Positions 13,436 to 26,639 of a stretch of 64,000 nucleotides of DNA are shown here, piece after piece. The DNA comes from Octopus bimaculoides (taxonomy: Eukaryota): the NCBI RefSeq assembly GCF_001194135.2, contig NC_068985.1, positions 109,345,925 to 109,409,924 on the forward strand, written 5' to 3'. A program made the position numbers and the translations under genes. Within the stretch, counting starts at the first letter, position 1. Every line of letters begins with the position of its first letter. A model generated the notes under the pieces. It worked only from the letters and a program-made list of their open reading frames with translations, was not told the origin of the DNA and did not search any database.

Positions 13436-13490
13436 GTCATCATCATCGACTTCGTCGTCGTCGTCGTCGTCGTCGTCATTATCATCATCT
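13205..13490. repeat. Imperfect (CAT/CGT)n low-complexity tract
   Basis: Read directly from the sequence; it explains the spurious ORFs here. Confidence 0.9.
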
Positions 13491-13863
13491 TCAGTGGGCA
13501 CGGGGTATGTAGTGGAATCTCATGTCGATACACGTCTCTCTGTCCTTATTGATTTTTTTTATTATTCTCTCTTTTAAACACAAAACTGATAATATCTAGT
13601 GATATTTATTGCATAACTAAATCTAAAAGTGTCATTTTATAGATATTCTTAAATTACCAACACTGTAACTCTTCATATTTATTTTAATACTTGTCTATAA
13701 TTGTCTGGTCGGAGTAAGTTTAACTACGGTGAAACCTGTGGTTAATAAATATCAATATTAATGTTTAATCAAACTGAAATATGGCTGCTGGGGAATAATT
13801 GCTAGTTGGGTTTCGACTGCAGTCAATAAACACAACGTATCTTTTTTCAGATAGAGAGAGAGA

Positions 13864-13915
13864 TACGAAGGGGTGCTGAAAAGTTCCTCGCTTTGGGTAA
13901 AAGAAAATACGGGAA
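13864..13915 (+). mobile_element. Isolated mariner-like terminal fragment
   Basis: TA-CGAAGGGGTGCTGAAAAGTT resembles a mariner TIR start; no partner end seen. Confidence 0.4.
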
Positions 13916-13924
13916 TATAATTTA

Positions 13925-14323
13925 CTATTTTACTCTTTTACTTGTTTCAGTCATTTGACTGTGGCCATGCTGGAGCACCGCCTTTAGTCGAGCAAATCGA
14001 CCCCATGACTTATTCTCTGGAAGCCTAGTACTTATTCTATCGCTCTCTTTGCCGAACCGCTAAGTAACGGAGACGTAAACACAACAGCATCGGTTGTCAA
14101 GCGATGTTGGGTGGACAAACACAGACACACACACACACATACATATATACGCAGATACCTATATAAGATGGGCTTCTTTCAGTTTCCGTCTGCCAACTCC
14201 ACTCACAAGGTTTTGGTCGGCCCGTGGCTATAGTTGAAGACACTTGCCCAAGGTGCCACGCAGTGGGAATGAACCCGGAACCATGTGGTTGGTAAGCAAG
14301 CTACTTACCACACAGCCACTCCT
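13925..14323 (-). mobile_element. tRNA-derived CORE-like SINE, family B (internal CA/TA microsatellite), full length
   Basis: Head AGTGGCTGTGTGGTAAG...GGTTCATTCCC, CORE-like CCTTGGGCAAGTGTCTT and tail GACTGAAACAAGTAAAAGAG; about 10 copies in the window. Confidence 0.85.
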
Positions 14324-14908
14324 CATCTCTCAGATTCACACACACTTATTGCAGCGATCGTTAAGGTTTACTAAACCCTGTAAAAGAACTCGGAAGTTTG
14401 GGCCATCAAGCAGGCCTTTTGTGATATCCTTTAAGACAGGAACTTTTTCGCATACCCTTATATGTTGTCATTCACTAGTATTAATGCATCAATTTTTTTC
14501 CCGAGTCCCTATGACACAAAATATTGGTCACCAAGTTTCCATAGCGTATAAGTGACCAAGATCACATTTCCTTTCGGAGTCGATAAATTAAGTTCCAGTC
14601 AAGACCTGGAGTCGATGTGATCGACTTCCTCATCCACCAAAATGTGAAGCTTAATGCCTATAGTAGAAAGGATTATTATTATTATGTAGTTTTTTTCTTC
14701 TTCTTTCTTCAAATTTTCTTCCATTTCTCGCCGAGTGTTTTCCATACACCTAGGGCAGAGAAGTTCATTGTATGCATTCCCAATTTACACACGCAAATTC
14801 ACATGTAAAATATGTATCTAAAAACAATAAATAAATAAATTCATAAATGGATATTGTTTTCACAGCGACAATGCTCTTCTCAGTACATGAGTCGTTCCAG
14901 TTAACACG

Positions 14909-14980
<72 letters not shown>

Positions 14981-14989
14981 CGTTATTTA

Positions 14990-15170
14990 GGCGTTGAGCT
15001 GGCAAAATCGTTAGCACCCCGAGCAAAATGAGTTCAAATTCCGCCGAGGTCGACTATGCCTTTCATCCTTTCAGAGTCGATAAATTATGTAGCAGTCAAG
15101 TGATGGGGTCGATGTAAGCGACTTAAACCGTCCTCCGAAATTGCTGACCTTCTGCCAAAATTGGAAGCCA
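14990..15170 (+). mobile_element. SINE family A copy flanked by (ATT)n and (TAG)n
   Basis: Head plus central domain. Confidence 0.8.
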
Positions 15171-15171
15171 T

Positions 15172-15251
<80 letters not shown>
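15172..15251. repeat. (TAG)n microsatellite
   Basis: Read directly from the sequence. Confidence 0.95.
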
Positions 15252-15980
15252 AGTGTTGTTGTTTAGGAGTAAAATAAAATGTGCCAGAATCAAGATTTAT
15301 AGATAAATGTTAGCTATCAGCAATCAACAGCGTATAGTCACCTGGAGTTATTTAATCAGTGGATCGCAGGGCATTGTAAAAGAATTTCTGAAAAGGAGAT
15401 AAGAATCCACGATTATTTAAGCAAGAACAATTATTCATGCACCAATAATGGACAGAAAAAAAATATATATGTAGAACAATAACAATAAACTCTACGAGTA
15501 AATTTAGTACGATTTCAACAGTTTAGTGTATGTGCGACGCCATGTTATCGGTTTAACACTGACCAGCGGGAAAAAAGTAACATGTGAGATAGGGATGTTA
15601 TCTTTAAAGAATTCACACGTTTTTTTTTTTTTTTTTTTTTTATCAACTTGAATTGTAAATCATGTTCTATAAAACTAACTTGCAAGGCGCGTATGTATCA
15701 TTCTTTTGATAAATGTACGTAAATGTGAATGAAGTTTTGACCATTTGATCAAACGATAATCAATGCATTAATTTCTTCAATAATGTATTTTACCTGTGGG
15801 TTTTTTTTATTACACACACANNNNNNNNNNNNNNNNNNNNNNNNNNNNNNNNNNNNNNNNNNNNNNNNNNNNNNNNNNNNNNNNNNNNNNNNNNNNNNNN
15901 NNNNNNNNNNNNNNNNNNNNNNNNNNNNNNNNNNNNNNNNNNNNNNNNNNNNNNNNNNNNNNNNNNNNNNNNNNNNNNNN

Positions 15981-16011
<31 letters not shown>

Positions 16012-16920
16012 TAATATTTTATTTTATATCTGTTTTTGATAGATTTGTTTGTTTTATTCAATTCAGTGATTTGTCGAAAAGTTTCCACAGACTGGACTTT
16101 GTTACTACAGAAAGTATTCTTCTACTTTAACATATTGTTTTTTGAAAGAATATATGGCTGTAGAACCACATGTGTATAAATGTGTGCACACACGTTTACA
16201 TACATACATACATATAGACATACATACATACATACATACATGCATACAAACACACACATACACATATGTGTGTGTATATATGTATATATGTATAAATGGG
16301 GGGGGTGTTTGTCTGTGTGTATGTGTGAGTGCATGAGTATATGCGTGTGTGTCTTTGTGTCTGTGTGTCTTACTGTATGTACGTATGCATGCATGTATAA
16401 TCACACGAATACATGTAAAATTTTAATTAGTATTGGTTTTTGAGTATGAATAGTTATACCATGGATTAATTCAGGAAGCTCTTCATGTTTGGGGAGTTTC
16501 TTTTAAACCTCAGTATCATCACCAATCTACTTACAGACGGTTTCATAGACACTCAAGGCAGAGAAATATTACACATCAACCGAACGTGAAGACCTCATAT
16601 ACTGACCGGAATCGCAATTGCTCCTCTTATCATGGTGAGAAGGAAATAGTTACTAAAGGAATTTTCAATTCGTACTGAGAAGGAGATGTTTTCGCTGTGG
16701 CTTAACTTCTTGCTTGAGTATGGAGAGTTGGGAGAAGTAGGGTTAATGAAATGTTAGCGTTTACACTTTTGGAGAGTGTTGCAAGGAGGAAAATATATCA
16801 GCTTAATCGTATATTCAGTCAAGATATCTAACCAAGATATTTATATCTCTCGTTAGACACCACTTTGCTTGCACATCAATATGACGAGAATTTTAAAATC
16901 TATATAGTGTTAAAAGAAGA

Positions 16921-17100
16921 GAGCTGGCAGAAGGGTTAGCACGCCAGACAAAACGCTTAACGTATTTCTGGAAATTGTTTACGATCTGAGTTCTAATTGC
17001 ACCGACATCAACTTTGCTTTTCATGTGTCAAGAAAATAAAGTACTGGTCAAGTTTGGGCTTTGATGTAATTGACTCTTACCCACTTCTGAAAACTGCTGG
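16921..17100 (+). mobile_element. SINE family A copy (diverged)
   Basis: GAGCTGGCAGAAG.GTTAGCACG head and a degenerate central domain. Confidence 0.7.
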
Positions 17101-17794
17101 CTTTGGAGTCTGCTATAGACCGGCGTCCCGTTCAAGGGAATGTTGCGATCTTTTGTGACTTGTAATCAATGGGAACTGTGCAACTGGCTTTTTGAGCGCT
17201 AGGACTCGAAAATTTTTTAAATACAACGTTAAGGGTAATTACTTCTTATACACACAATATGGTTACTAAGATTGTACGCTACAGCAGAGAAAACCGTACA
17301 CCAACGCAACCTCTGTCCGTGGCGCTCACTTGTAATTGAGAATATCAGACAACCTATCCACAAAGAGTGTTCTACGTGTTCAAAACTGGTATATGGTATG
17401 ACTCTTACACCACCAAGCGTTATCATGAGGAACTACACTGCCCACAAAGTTAATGATTTCAAGGGCAGTTTCACTTAGCATATACATTGCTTTAGGTTCT
17501 GGAATACAACTAGTCTCGCTCACACTCTCTCTTTCTTTCTTCCTGTCTTTGTTTCTTTGTTTCTTTCTTTGTTTGCTTTTCATGTGTCAAAATAATAAAA
17601 TATCTGTGTCCCGTTCAGGGGAATGTTGCGATCTTTGGTCAGTTGCACTTTCTTTCTTTCTCTGTTTATGTGGAATACGCTGGACTAAGAAAGCAACCTG
17701 TTCAGTATAACAAGATGTATATGTGAGAAATATAACCAGTCTAAAAACTATTGTCTTTATCTTTCATACATACATACATACATACATACATACA

Positions 17795-17825
<31 letters not shown>

Positions 17826-17923
17826 CCGTACATACTACACTAAAATATTAAAATATTCATCACAAGTGAATTGGAAATGTGTGTGTGTTTATGCTTTTCT
17901 GTAGTATCTATATTTGTGTGTGT

Positions 17924-18300
17924 GGAAGCGCAATGGCCCGGTGGTTAGGGCAGCGGACTCGCAGTCATAGGATCGCGATTTTTATTCCTAGACCGGGCGT
18001 TGTGAGTGTTTATTGAGCGAAAACACCCAAAGCTCCACGAGGCTCCGGCAGGGGATGGTGGCGAACCCTGTTGTACTCTTCCACCACAACTTTCTCTCAC
18101 TCTTTCTTCCTGTTTCTGTTGTACCTGTATTTCAAAGGGGCCAGTCTTGTCACACAGTGTCACGCTGAATCTTCCCAAGAACTACGTTAAGGGTACACGT
18201 GTTTGTGGAGTGCTCAGCCACGTTAATTTCACGAGCAGGCTGTTCCGTTGATTGGATCAACTGGAACCCTCGACGTCGTAAGCGACGGAGTGCCAACAAT
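17924..18300 (+). mobile_element. tRNA(Arg)-like-headed SINE, family C
   Basis: Head GCAATGGCCCGGTGGTTAGGGCAGCGGACTCGCAG has an A-box and a TCG anticodon-like loop; a ~300-nt non-tRNA body follows. Confidence 0.7.
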
Positions 18301-19089
18301 AATATTTGTGTATATCTGTGTTTCTGGGGAAAGAAAGTAAGAAAGATAAGTAAACATATTGATAATATCTGACGAATAAAACTAAGTGAAATTTTCTCGA
18401 AGTGAAGAAAATACTAACTGAACACTTTCCAGACGTCTGGTTTTTTTTTTGGTTTTTTTTTTATTTTATCCAATGTCATGGTATGAAAATCAGTTATCTT
18501 GCATTGTTTTGTTTCTAGGCTGCATTTATTTTGTATGTCTATAATTGTGTTTTCAGCAAAAAAATTACAATATACTATCGATCACCTAATTAAAATACTG
18601 CCTTCATTTTATTTTAAATCATCTACATCCACTATAAATTTATATTTTGCGACCGTTTTCATTTTTTAGTTTCTTTTTTGCTAACATTTTCCATCCATTT
18701 TACCGATTTCCTTTCCGTTTTTTTAATATTTTTCTTTCTCTTATTTCCTTCATATTTTATGTATCATTTTTTTCTTTTTACATTTTCTTATTTTCTTCTA
18801 AAGCTATTCTCAGCACTTCTCCCCCTCTCTATACCGCCTACTTCTATTTCAGCTGCCGCATCATATTCACCTTTGATTCTCTGTATTGATCATATATATT
18901 TTTATTACTCGTATTTTGTCTACTTCCTCAGTTCGACGAACTTTTTTCTATAGTTACTTATTTTGCTGGATACAATACATTTCGCTAAACAGAAATCTTA
19001 TACACCACCATCTTACATTAAATATTATTATCTTAAAGCTTACGACAAGATATAGCCGGAAGTAGAAACAAGAAACTCTGTTCTGATTC

Positions 19090-19474
19090 ATGGTGTCTAA
19101 ACACTACACCAGTGATTCTCAAACGGGGTTCCACATGAACCTGGGGGTTCCATATAAGATTTTGTTTTTAAAACTTATGTACAATAAATGGGTTATATTT
19201 CTACAAAACACAAAATATCTTAAAACTTTTTTATATACAATTCCTAATAACATTTGTTAATAAAATTATTATAGGATTTTTAGGCATCAAAAGGCTATGA
19301 GGTTCTACCCGAGTACAATTGAAATCAAAGGGATCCTTAGGCAACAATATGGTTGGGAAACACTGCACTTCACTATAGTTTTTCAAATGCACTGAAATAT
19401 CTTGTATGTTATTAGCTGCAGCAAGAGTTCCCTGCGAAGACAAGAAGTTTATTGAATGGAACAAATACAGCATG
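19090..19474 (+). pseudogene. Decayed S-crystallin/sigma-GST first coding exon interrupted by a hAT MITE
   Basis: With the MITE and one TSD removed it reads ATG GTG TCT AA- ACA CTA CAC TAT (MVS-TLHY) ... TEISCMLLAAARVPCEDKKF--IEWNKY. The family pattern is MPSYTLHY...AEICRMLFAAAGV.Y.DKRFEFNEWDKY. The donor position reads ATATGA. Confidence 0.7.
19110..19365. mobile_element. hAT (Charlie-like) MITE, 256 bp
   Basis: TIRs CAGTGATTCTCAAAC and CAGTGTTTCCCAACC (12/15); 8-bp TSD CACTACAC (19102-19109) / CACTTCAC (19366-19373). Confidence 0.85.
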
Positions 19475-19606
19475 ATATGATTAACCTGGTCTATAGCTTG
19501 TAGGTGTTGCATTTAGTAAAGCGATAAGATCTGCGTCAGAACATCAGTGATTCAGTTTAATTTCGAGGCACTATATCAGCACGTTCGATATTTGGCAATT
19601 GATTGT

Positions 19607-19746
19607 CGCTCTTCTTGTTCTTCTTCTTCTTCTTCTTCTTCTTCTTCTTCTTCTTCTTCTTCTTCTTCTTCTTCTTCTCCACCTCCGCCTCCTCCTCCTC
19701 CTTCTCCTCCTCCTTCTCTTCTTCTTCTTCTTCTTCTTCTTCTTCT

Positions 19747-19781
<35 letters not shown>

Positions 19782-19790
19782 TTCTTGTCA
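19607..19790. repeat. (TTC)n/(CCT)n microsatellite
   Basis: Read directly from the sequence. Confidence 0.95.
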
Positions 19791-20967
19791 TTAATGTCGT
19801 TGTTGTTCTAATATGAATGTCGGCAGTCGTTGACTTCATTTCAATGAAAGCAGCTATCATTAGTTATTATTGTTGAAAATTTAAAGGCACTGACATGTGA
19901 GATCATCGGGATATGATGAGTGTAGTGATGTTAAGCAGCGTGTAGATGGATGGAGCTTAACAATTTTCCCGTGAACAGAAGCCTATCTTGTCCAGTACAC
20001 CATCGAGATAGTGTGAAAGCTATCAGACTCAGGATAAAAGGCAGTGGACTCAGTTGTTACATATGTAAGAAAGCAAGTTGAATGCATTTTTTAAAACAAG
20101 TAGCAGAAACTCAAGAGACCACGCCAGGCATATGTATCTACAATAACAACAGGACTCAGAAATGAAGAGCACGGCCACTATTATATATGCTTTTGGAGTT
20201 TCACCAGTTGCAGCCCTGAATATTGGCAGCCAATACGGAAGCAAACGAAGTAGATACATTTTTAGCACGTCTTCACCAACGGCAAACAAAGAACGAAAAA
20301 CCAGACGGTGAACTTTCCTAGCGTTACTAGACTCAAAGTCTACATGCAACAGCATCGACATAACATTTTGTGGTGATGGAGGAGGCGATGGAGACTAGAA
20401 GAGGGTGAAATATGTTGGATGCATGAAGGAAAGAATAAAAGGTAAAATCATGGGTGACTTCAAACAAAAGGCAAGCATTATACCGGAAGTTCTTCATGAA
20501 GAGTTTTACACATTTAGGAAAAGATCAAACTTCGTAGAAAATCAGCGGGAAAATCCCGGCTTCTTTGATTTAATTCTGCTGCGAACAGTGGACAAATAAA
20601 ATATTGCACTATTTGAGGAAGAGTGGGAGAACAAGTACCAGGCTTTACTAGATAATAAATAGCTTTCCATCTCCACTTGAATTGTATCTCGACAGCAAGG
20701 GACCATAAAGCTGACGTTATGCTCATTCAAAGGTCGATGATCCAGAATATGATTACTTGAGTACTTAAATCCAATACTTTCATTTTCACATGGTGTTCGT
20801 GCAGATGTATTCGATGAATTATTAAACTTACAAAATGATACGCAATCTAATGTAGATTCAGTATAAAGGGCATAAAATATCGTGTCTAAATATATTTTTG
20901 TCTACTCTAGGTACACCGCTCGAAATTTTTGGGGAGGGTGCTAGTCTATAAGATCGATCCCGGTGCG

Positions 20968-21143
20968 GAACACATCCGAGACACCCCGGTCTAGCACCAT
21001 TTCCGCTCTACCGGTCATTCTCTACAACACCTGTCTGTGTTCGGATTGTCCTTGCACAGGGCCATCCGGACTCCCGTCTTTGCCGTGAACAGGGATTAAT
21101 CTTCTCGCTTCGCTACTTTGCGATGCATTGGCTCAACTCTCCT
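20968..21143 (+). mobile_element. Penelope-like GIY-YIG endonuclease C-terminal relic
   Basis: TPV*HHFRSTGHSLQHLSVFGL../..RLCREQGLIFSL...HWLN matches the PVA.HF...GHS..L.V...E..LI..L......GLN end of Penelope-like ORFs. A long C-rich tail runs to about 21720. Confidence 0.6.
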
Positions 21144-21859
21144 CCCCTCTTCGTCTAACCCTCCTCCTTTCTCCTCTCTTCTTCTCACACCTACTTCATC
21201 CCACCCACCTCTCCTCTCTTGCTCTGACACCTGCTTCATCTCTTCACTTCTACCCACCTTCTCCCTTCCACCCTCTCCCTTCATCGTCACACATTTCTCG
21301 TTAACCCACCCCTACACATTCCAGCCCCACCATCCCTATACATCCCATACCCACCCCAACCGTTACACCCCAACCTTGCTTCCCCTACTCTCGCCTCCCC
21401 TACACTCCAACACCACCACACCACACACCACCAAACTACACTCCATCACACACCAACACCATGCTACACCACATCACACCACCCCGCACACACTGGCACT
21501 GACCACTTCCCAGCAAACACACCATCATCAATACACCTTCAAATGAACACACGCACACGTCAAGGTCACCAGCCCCCTTCCACACGGCCTCACATACACA
21601 TGCACGCGCACCTTTGTTTTGGGATCACCACTAATCTATTATCTCCCCTTCTTTCTAGCTCTCCTGTGTGACCCCTCTGTCCAGTATACTTCATGATCGA
21701 TCGCTATCCACTAAACATTTTTCATTTTCTCTCCCTGTTTATTTCTGCGTTCCTTTCTGTCGCTGCCTTTAGCAATGTAATTCTTTTTTTCTATTATTCC
21801 TTTTATTTAATTTATTTTTCTTATTATTTTCCTTTGTAAGACAACTATTTGGCACAAGT

Positions 21860-22050
21860 GTTAATACCCCGTGAAAAATGCTTTAAGGCATCTCATCCGA
21901 CCATACAGGTTTAAATGACGCCGAGGTCAACTTTGCCTTTCATCATTTAAGATTTAATAAAATATATACCACTTGAACAATGGGGTCGATTTTATCGATT
22001 CACCCTCTACCCGGCGCCAAATTGATGACCTTGTGCCAAAAATGTGAAAG
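21860..22050 (+). mobile_element. SINE family A copy (diverged)
   Basis: GCCGAGGTCAACTTTGCCTTTCATC central domain. Confidence 0.7.
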
Positions 22051-22489
22051 TATTTCTTTATTACTTTGTTTCTCCATGCTTTGTCAAGAGAAAATTCAAT
22101 GTTTTACTTTATTATTTTTTTTAAAGTTGACTTAGTAGCTAAATATACTTTCAATAATTGAAAGGGCAGACTTGAGACTGCGTTCATCAAACACTGAACA
22201 CGATATTGGAAAATTTATCATCCGGGTGAGGAATACCACAATATTGTATAATGCTAATTAATTTTTCATTAAATCTATATAATTTATAAATTAAATTTAT
22301 ACATTCAGTCATTAAGTATACGATATAATTAATGATTAAATAAGTTATCCGATTTTGCTTTGCATTGTGTTGTGTTCCGGTCACTTATTTACAAATCAAT
22401 TTGCATTAATGATGCTAATTTTTAATTACTTATGAGTGCAAATATGCTAATACTAATGACTTTCAATTTGCATAATAATTTATTATTAG

Positions 22490-22660
22490 AATATTTGACA
22501 AAACGCCTCGAGCCATTAGTTCCGACTTCCAGCGTTTTACTTTCAAATCTTGTTGAAGTCAACTTTGCTTCCAAACTTTCGTCGGTCGGGAAATAAGCTA
22601 CAATCATGGGCAGCAGATTTCCAGAAGCGTTAGGGTGTCGAACGGAATGTTTTGAGTATG
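22490..22660 (-). mobile_element. SINE family A copy (highly diverged)
   Basis: Partial reverse-complement match to the family A head and centre. Confidence 0.45.
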
Positions 22661-22796
22661 GAATGATTTCACACAACCGTTTTGGTGTCGCCTATTTGGC
22701 GTCGTTCATTCGACGCTGACTGATTTGACATCGTATTTTAATATTTCTCTCGTTATATTCTCTCTCTTTCCATTTCTCTCTCTTTTTCTCTCTCTT

Positions 22797-22850
<54 letters not shown>

Positions 22851-22959
22851 TTCCTCTCTCAGTTTATATGTGTGAGCATATTTCTCATTGTGGACAGAGA
22901 GTGTTGATATCACTCGTGTTAAATTAACAAATTGTAATAGCTCTCCCTCTCACTGCAGT

Positions 22960-23165
22960 GAGCGGGTAGAATCGTTAGCAGGCCAAGCAAAATGCTTAGC
23001 GACATTTCGTCCGTTTTTACATTCTGAGTTCAAATTTCGCCGAGGTTGATTTTACCTTTCATCTTCTCTGGATCGATAAAATAAATACCAGTTGATCACT
23101 GGGGTAAACGTAATTGAATTAGCCGCTCCATCGAAATTTCTGGCCTTGTGCCATAGTTTGAAACC
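22960..23165 (+). mobile_element. SINE family A copy
   Basis: Head, B-box GAGTTCAAATTTC and central domain. Confidence 0.8.
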
Positions 23166-23589
23166 AATATTTCTTCCTCTCCCCTATCCCATACACTTGT
23201 TTCGACACCATGGTAGAAATTAAATTTAGAACCGAAAAGCCTGAAAATATTCCGTTCTCACAATTTCTCTAATTCACCGACGTGGACAAGCAACGTTAAT
23301 TATTTTCCCCAGAATGGACGAAATTTGGGGTTGAGCTCACATGGTCTGGACTTGAAATTTGGAAGGAGAGAACTGGAGCAAATAATGCAAGGCATTGAAT
23401 TTTCCAATAGAATTTTATAAATACTTGTATCTTATAAATGCAACTGCAAATTGGTCACGATGCATTGTAGTCGCGTGCCAAGCACTTGCTTTCGGCAAGA
23501 AGGCAGAAATTAAACTTAGAACGCAAACCTAGGAAAGATAGTTTTAATAATTTCTTCAATTCACTAACCTTGTCTAGTAATAATAAATA

Positions 23590-23800
23590 TATGTTTGAAG
23601 GTTTGGCACAAGACTAGCAATATCGAGGCGGAGGGAAGGTAAATCGGTTGCACCGACACCAGTGCCCAACTGCTAATTATTTTATCCACTCCGAAAGGTT
23701 AAAAGACGAATTAGACCTCAGTGAAAATCGAACTCAGAACGGAAAGATGAACGAAATGATGCTAAGCATTTTGCCCGGCGTGCTAACGATTCTGCCAGAT
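23590..23800 (-). mobile_element. SINE family A copy
   Basis: Reverse complement of head and central domain. Confidence 0.75.
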
Positions 23801-23889
23801 CACTTCCTTTATAACAAAAGATATTGGTCATGAGAAATGAAGTTGAACTAGTATGGGTTTGAACTTGGGAACAGCGGGTTGGAATAAGT

Positions 23890-24110
23890 AATCGTTTATC
23901 TTTTACGTGTTTCAGTCATTGGCAGGGTGGAGCTTTGAATGATTTAAACGGACAATCGATCTTAGTAGTTACTCTTTAAAGACTTGTACTTCTATCTATT
24001 TCTTTTTCGCCACCATCACCAACACTAATCTCCAGCCGCTAAGTTACGAAGACGTAACCGAGTCAACATCCGTTTTCAAGCAGTGGTAAGGACAAACACA
24101 GACACATACG
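23890..24110 (-). mobile_element. SINE family B, 3' portion
   Basis: CCGCTAAGTTACG and CTTGTTTCAGTCATT-like motifs. Confidence 0.65.
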
Positions 24111-24390
24111 GACATATATACGCATGTATATATATATATAAGTTGATCTTACCATGCCTCAAGAGCAGAACAAAAGGACCACGTGCGCATGCAAGAAATA
24201 ACAGTAAACTATGAATGTTATTCTTAATTTTAATTTCAATTTTATTTTATTAATAGCCCTCTTCTCTTCTCACATATTTTATACTCATTTTTGATAAGGT
24301 TTTTCAAAAAAAAAACGAAACATGTAATGTAAATCAATTAAAACACCCAATTTCTTTTTTTAAAGTGGCATTTTCATTTTTCTTTATCTT

Positions 24391-24428
<38 letters not shown>

Positions 24429-24529
24429 GTATATATGCACAGGTATGTATGTGGGTAAGTATAATGCATGTATGTAAATATGTATATGTATAGGAACGGG
24501 TCCTATAATTTTTGTCGACCAAAATCCCT

Positions 24530-24650
24530 GACAAAGCGTTGGTCGGCCAGGCGCTGTAGTAAAAAAACATAAGCCTCCAAGGTGCAGCGCAGTATGACTG
24601 AACCCGAAAGTAACTAGTCGCATTCTGTGCTTCTTAATCACACAGCCGTG
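24530..24650 (-). mobile_element. SINE family B, 5' portion
   Basis: TTGGTCGGCC...CCAAGGTGC..GCAGT..GACTGAACCC motif. Confidence 0.6.
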
Positions 24651-25472
24651 CTTGCAAGTTATGTCATCGCTCGAAAAAAATCTACAAATCTCCTTTCTTG
24701 ACACATAAATATTTGAAAGAGGGCCCAAAATACACTTTAAGAAACCCTGTACTATTGCATTGCAACAACAAGCAATCATTTTAGTAATAGAAAAGACCCT
24801 ATTAATTTTAAAATCATTCAGAGGATATCACTTGTAACAATTTTCAAGATGGCCGTAAAACTATTTCCGCTCTTTAAACAACAGTAACTTCCGCGAACAT
24901 TAAATAATAATTCGACGATAAAGTCATAAGCCTAACCCGTGAAATTAGGCAATCAGTGCATCTTTAAATATCAAATATTATACATATATCTTTTTATAAT
25001 GTTTACTGAGACATCAATCGATGGATTTTTGCGCTTTTTGTTATATGGTTTCTTTACTTATTTTTGAATTTTTGTTTTGTTTTTGTTTTTACTTTTGCGG
25101 GTGTTTTTTTTGTTGCTTATTAGGAAAGTGTTGATAAAAAGTGACGTTTACTTTTGTTTGATGAATGAAAATTATGGGCAATAAATCAATCAATTAACTT
25201 TTGTTACTGACACTTCTTATCGATCTCACAAATAAATACTTAATACTACATATACGTATATCTGTATAAATACATACATATATATATATAGATATATGCG
25301 TGCGTGTGTATGAGTGTATATATGTGTATATATATACGTTAGTGTATGTGTGTCTTTGTCTACATACATCTATAAATATATGTTCATTATCATATTTGTG
25401 TATCTATAACATTACTCAAAAATTCAGTAGATATATGCATATACTACGTGTTGCTTTCATAGATGAAAAAAT

Positions 25473-25568
<96 letters not shown>

Positions 25569-26099
25569 CGTGAGGTGTATATANNNNNNNNNNNNNNNNN
25601 NNNNNNNNNNNNNNNNNNNNNNNNNNNNNNNNNNNNNNNNNNNNNNNNNNNNNNNNNNNNNNNNNNNNNNNNNNNNNNNNNNNNNNNNNNNNNNNNNNNN
25701 NNNNNNNNNNNNNNNNNNNNNNNNNNNNNNNNNNNNNNNNNNNNNNNNNNNNNNNNNNNNNNNNNNNNNNNNNNNNNNNNNNNNNNNNNNNNNNNNNNNN
25801 NNNNNNNNNNNNNNNNNNNNNNNNNNNNNNNNNNNNNNNNNNNNNNNNNNNNNNNNNNNNNNNNNNNNNNNNNNNNNNNNNNNNNNNNNNNNNNNNNNNN
25901 NNNNNNNNNNNNNNNNNNNNNNNNNNNNNNNNNNNNNNNNNNNNNNNNNNNNNNNNNNNNNNNNNNNNNNNNNNNNNNNNNNNNNNNNNNNNNNNNNNNN
26001 NNNNNNNNNNNNNNNNNNNNNNNNNNNNNNNNNNNNNNNNNNNNNNNNNNNNNNNNNNNNNNNNNNNNNNNNNNNNNNNNNNNNNNNNNNNNNNNNNNN

Positions 26100-26146
<47 letters not shown>

Positions 26147-26457
26147 CATACATACATACATACATACATACATAGATACATACATACATACATACATACA
26201 GGTATAACGCCAGTGTTACAATGGTGGTAGCTGATGAAGGAAATGTTCTCTATGTGGCCTGTGTTTTCTGTATTCTCTTTATCATTTTGTCTACGTTTTG
26301 TTTGCAACGTCCTGTGCCCAGATATGCATATATATATACAGGTAGATGTAGGTATGTACATACATGTACGAATATATGCATATACTCATTTATTATTTAT
26401 ATGTATATATATATATATATATATTGTTTTAGCAGCAGTAGTATTAGAGAAAGGAGG

Positions 26458-26566
26458 CGAAGAAGAAGAAGAAGAAGAAGAAGAAGAAGAAGAAGAAGAA
26501 GAAGAAGAAGAAGAAGAAGAAGAAGAAGAAGAAGAAGAAGAAGAAGAAGAAGAAGAAGAAGAAGAA
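26458..26566. repeat. (GAA)n microsatellite
   Basis: Read directly from the sequence. Confidence 0.95.
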
Positions 26567-26639
26567 TGCGGTAGTAGTATGACAGTAGCAGGATGTTGGT
26601 GGGATACTCTTAAATGGTCATGTGACCTAAAAGTGACCC

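Noticed and set aside
11881-18000. tRNA-like sequences (11943-11880, 14323-14250, 17924-17995)
   Set aside because: They are SINE heads: acceptor stems are incomplete and each continues into a repeat body.
19586-19597. RYLA as a possible next GST exon
   Set aside because: Flanking residues do not match MAIA-RYLA-RE and there is no acceptor; likely chance.
21118-21546. 142-aa Pro/Thr/His-rich ORF
   Set aside because: Low-complexity C-rich tail of a retroelement relic.
26231-26260. CTGATGA-AGG..CCT
   Set aside because: No GAAA follows the putative stem II.
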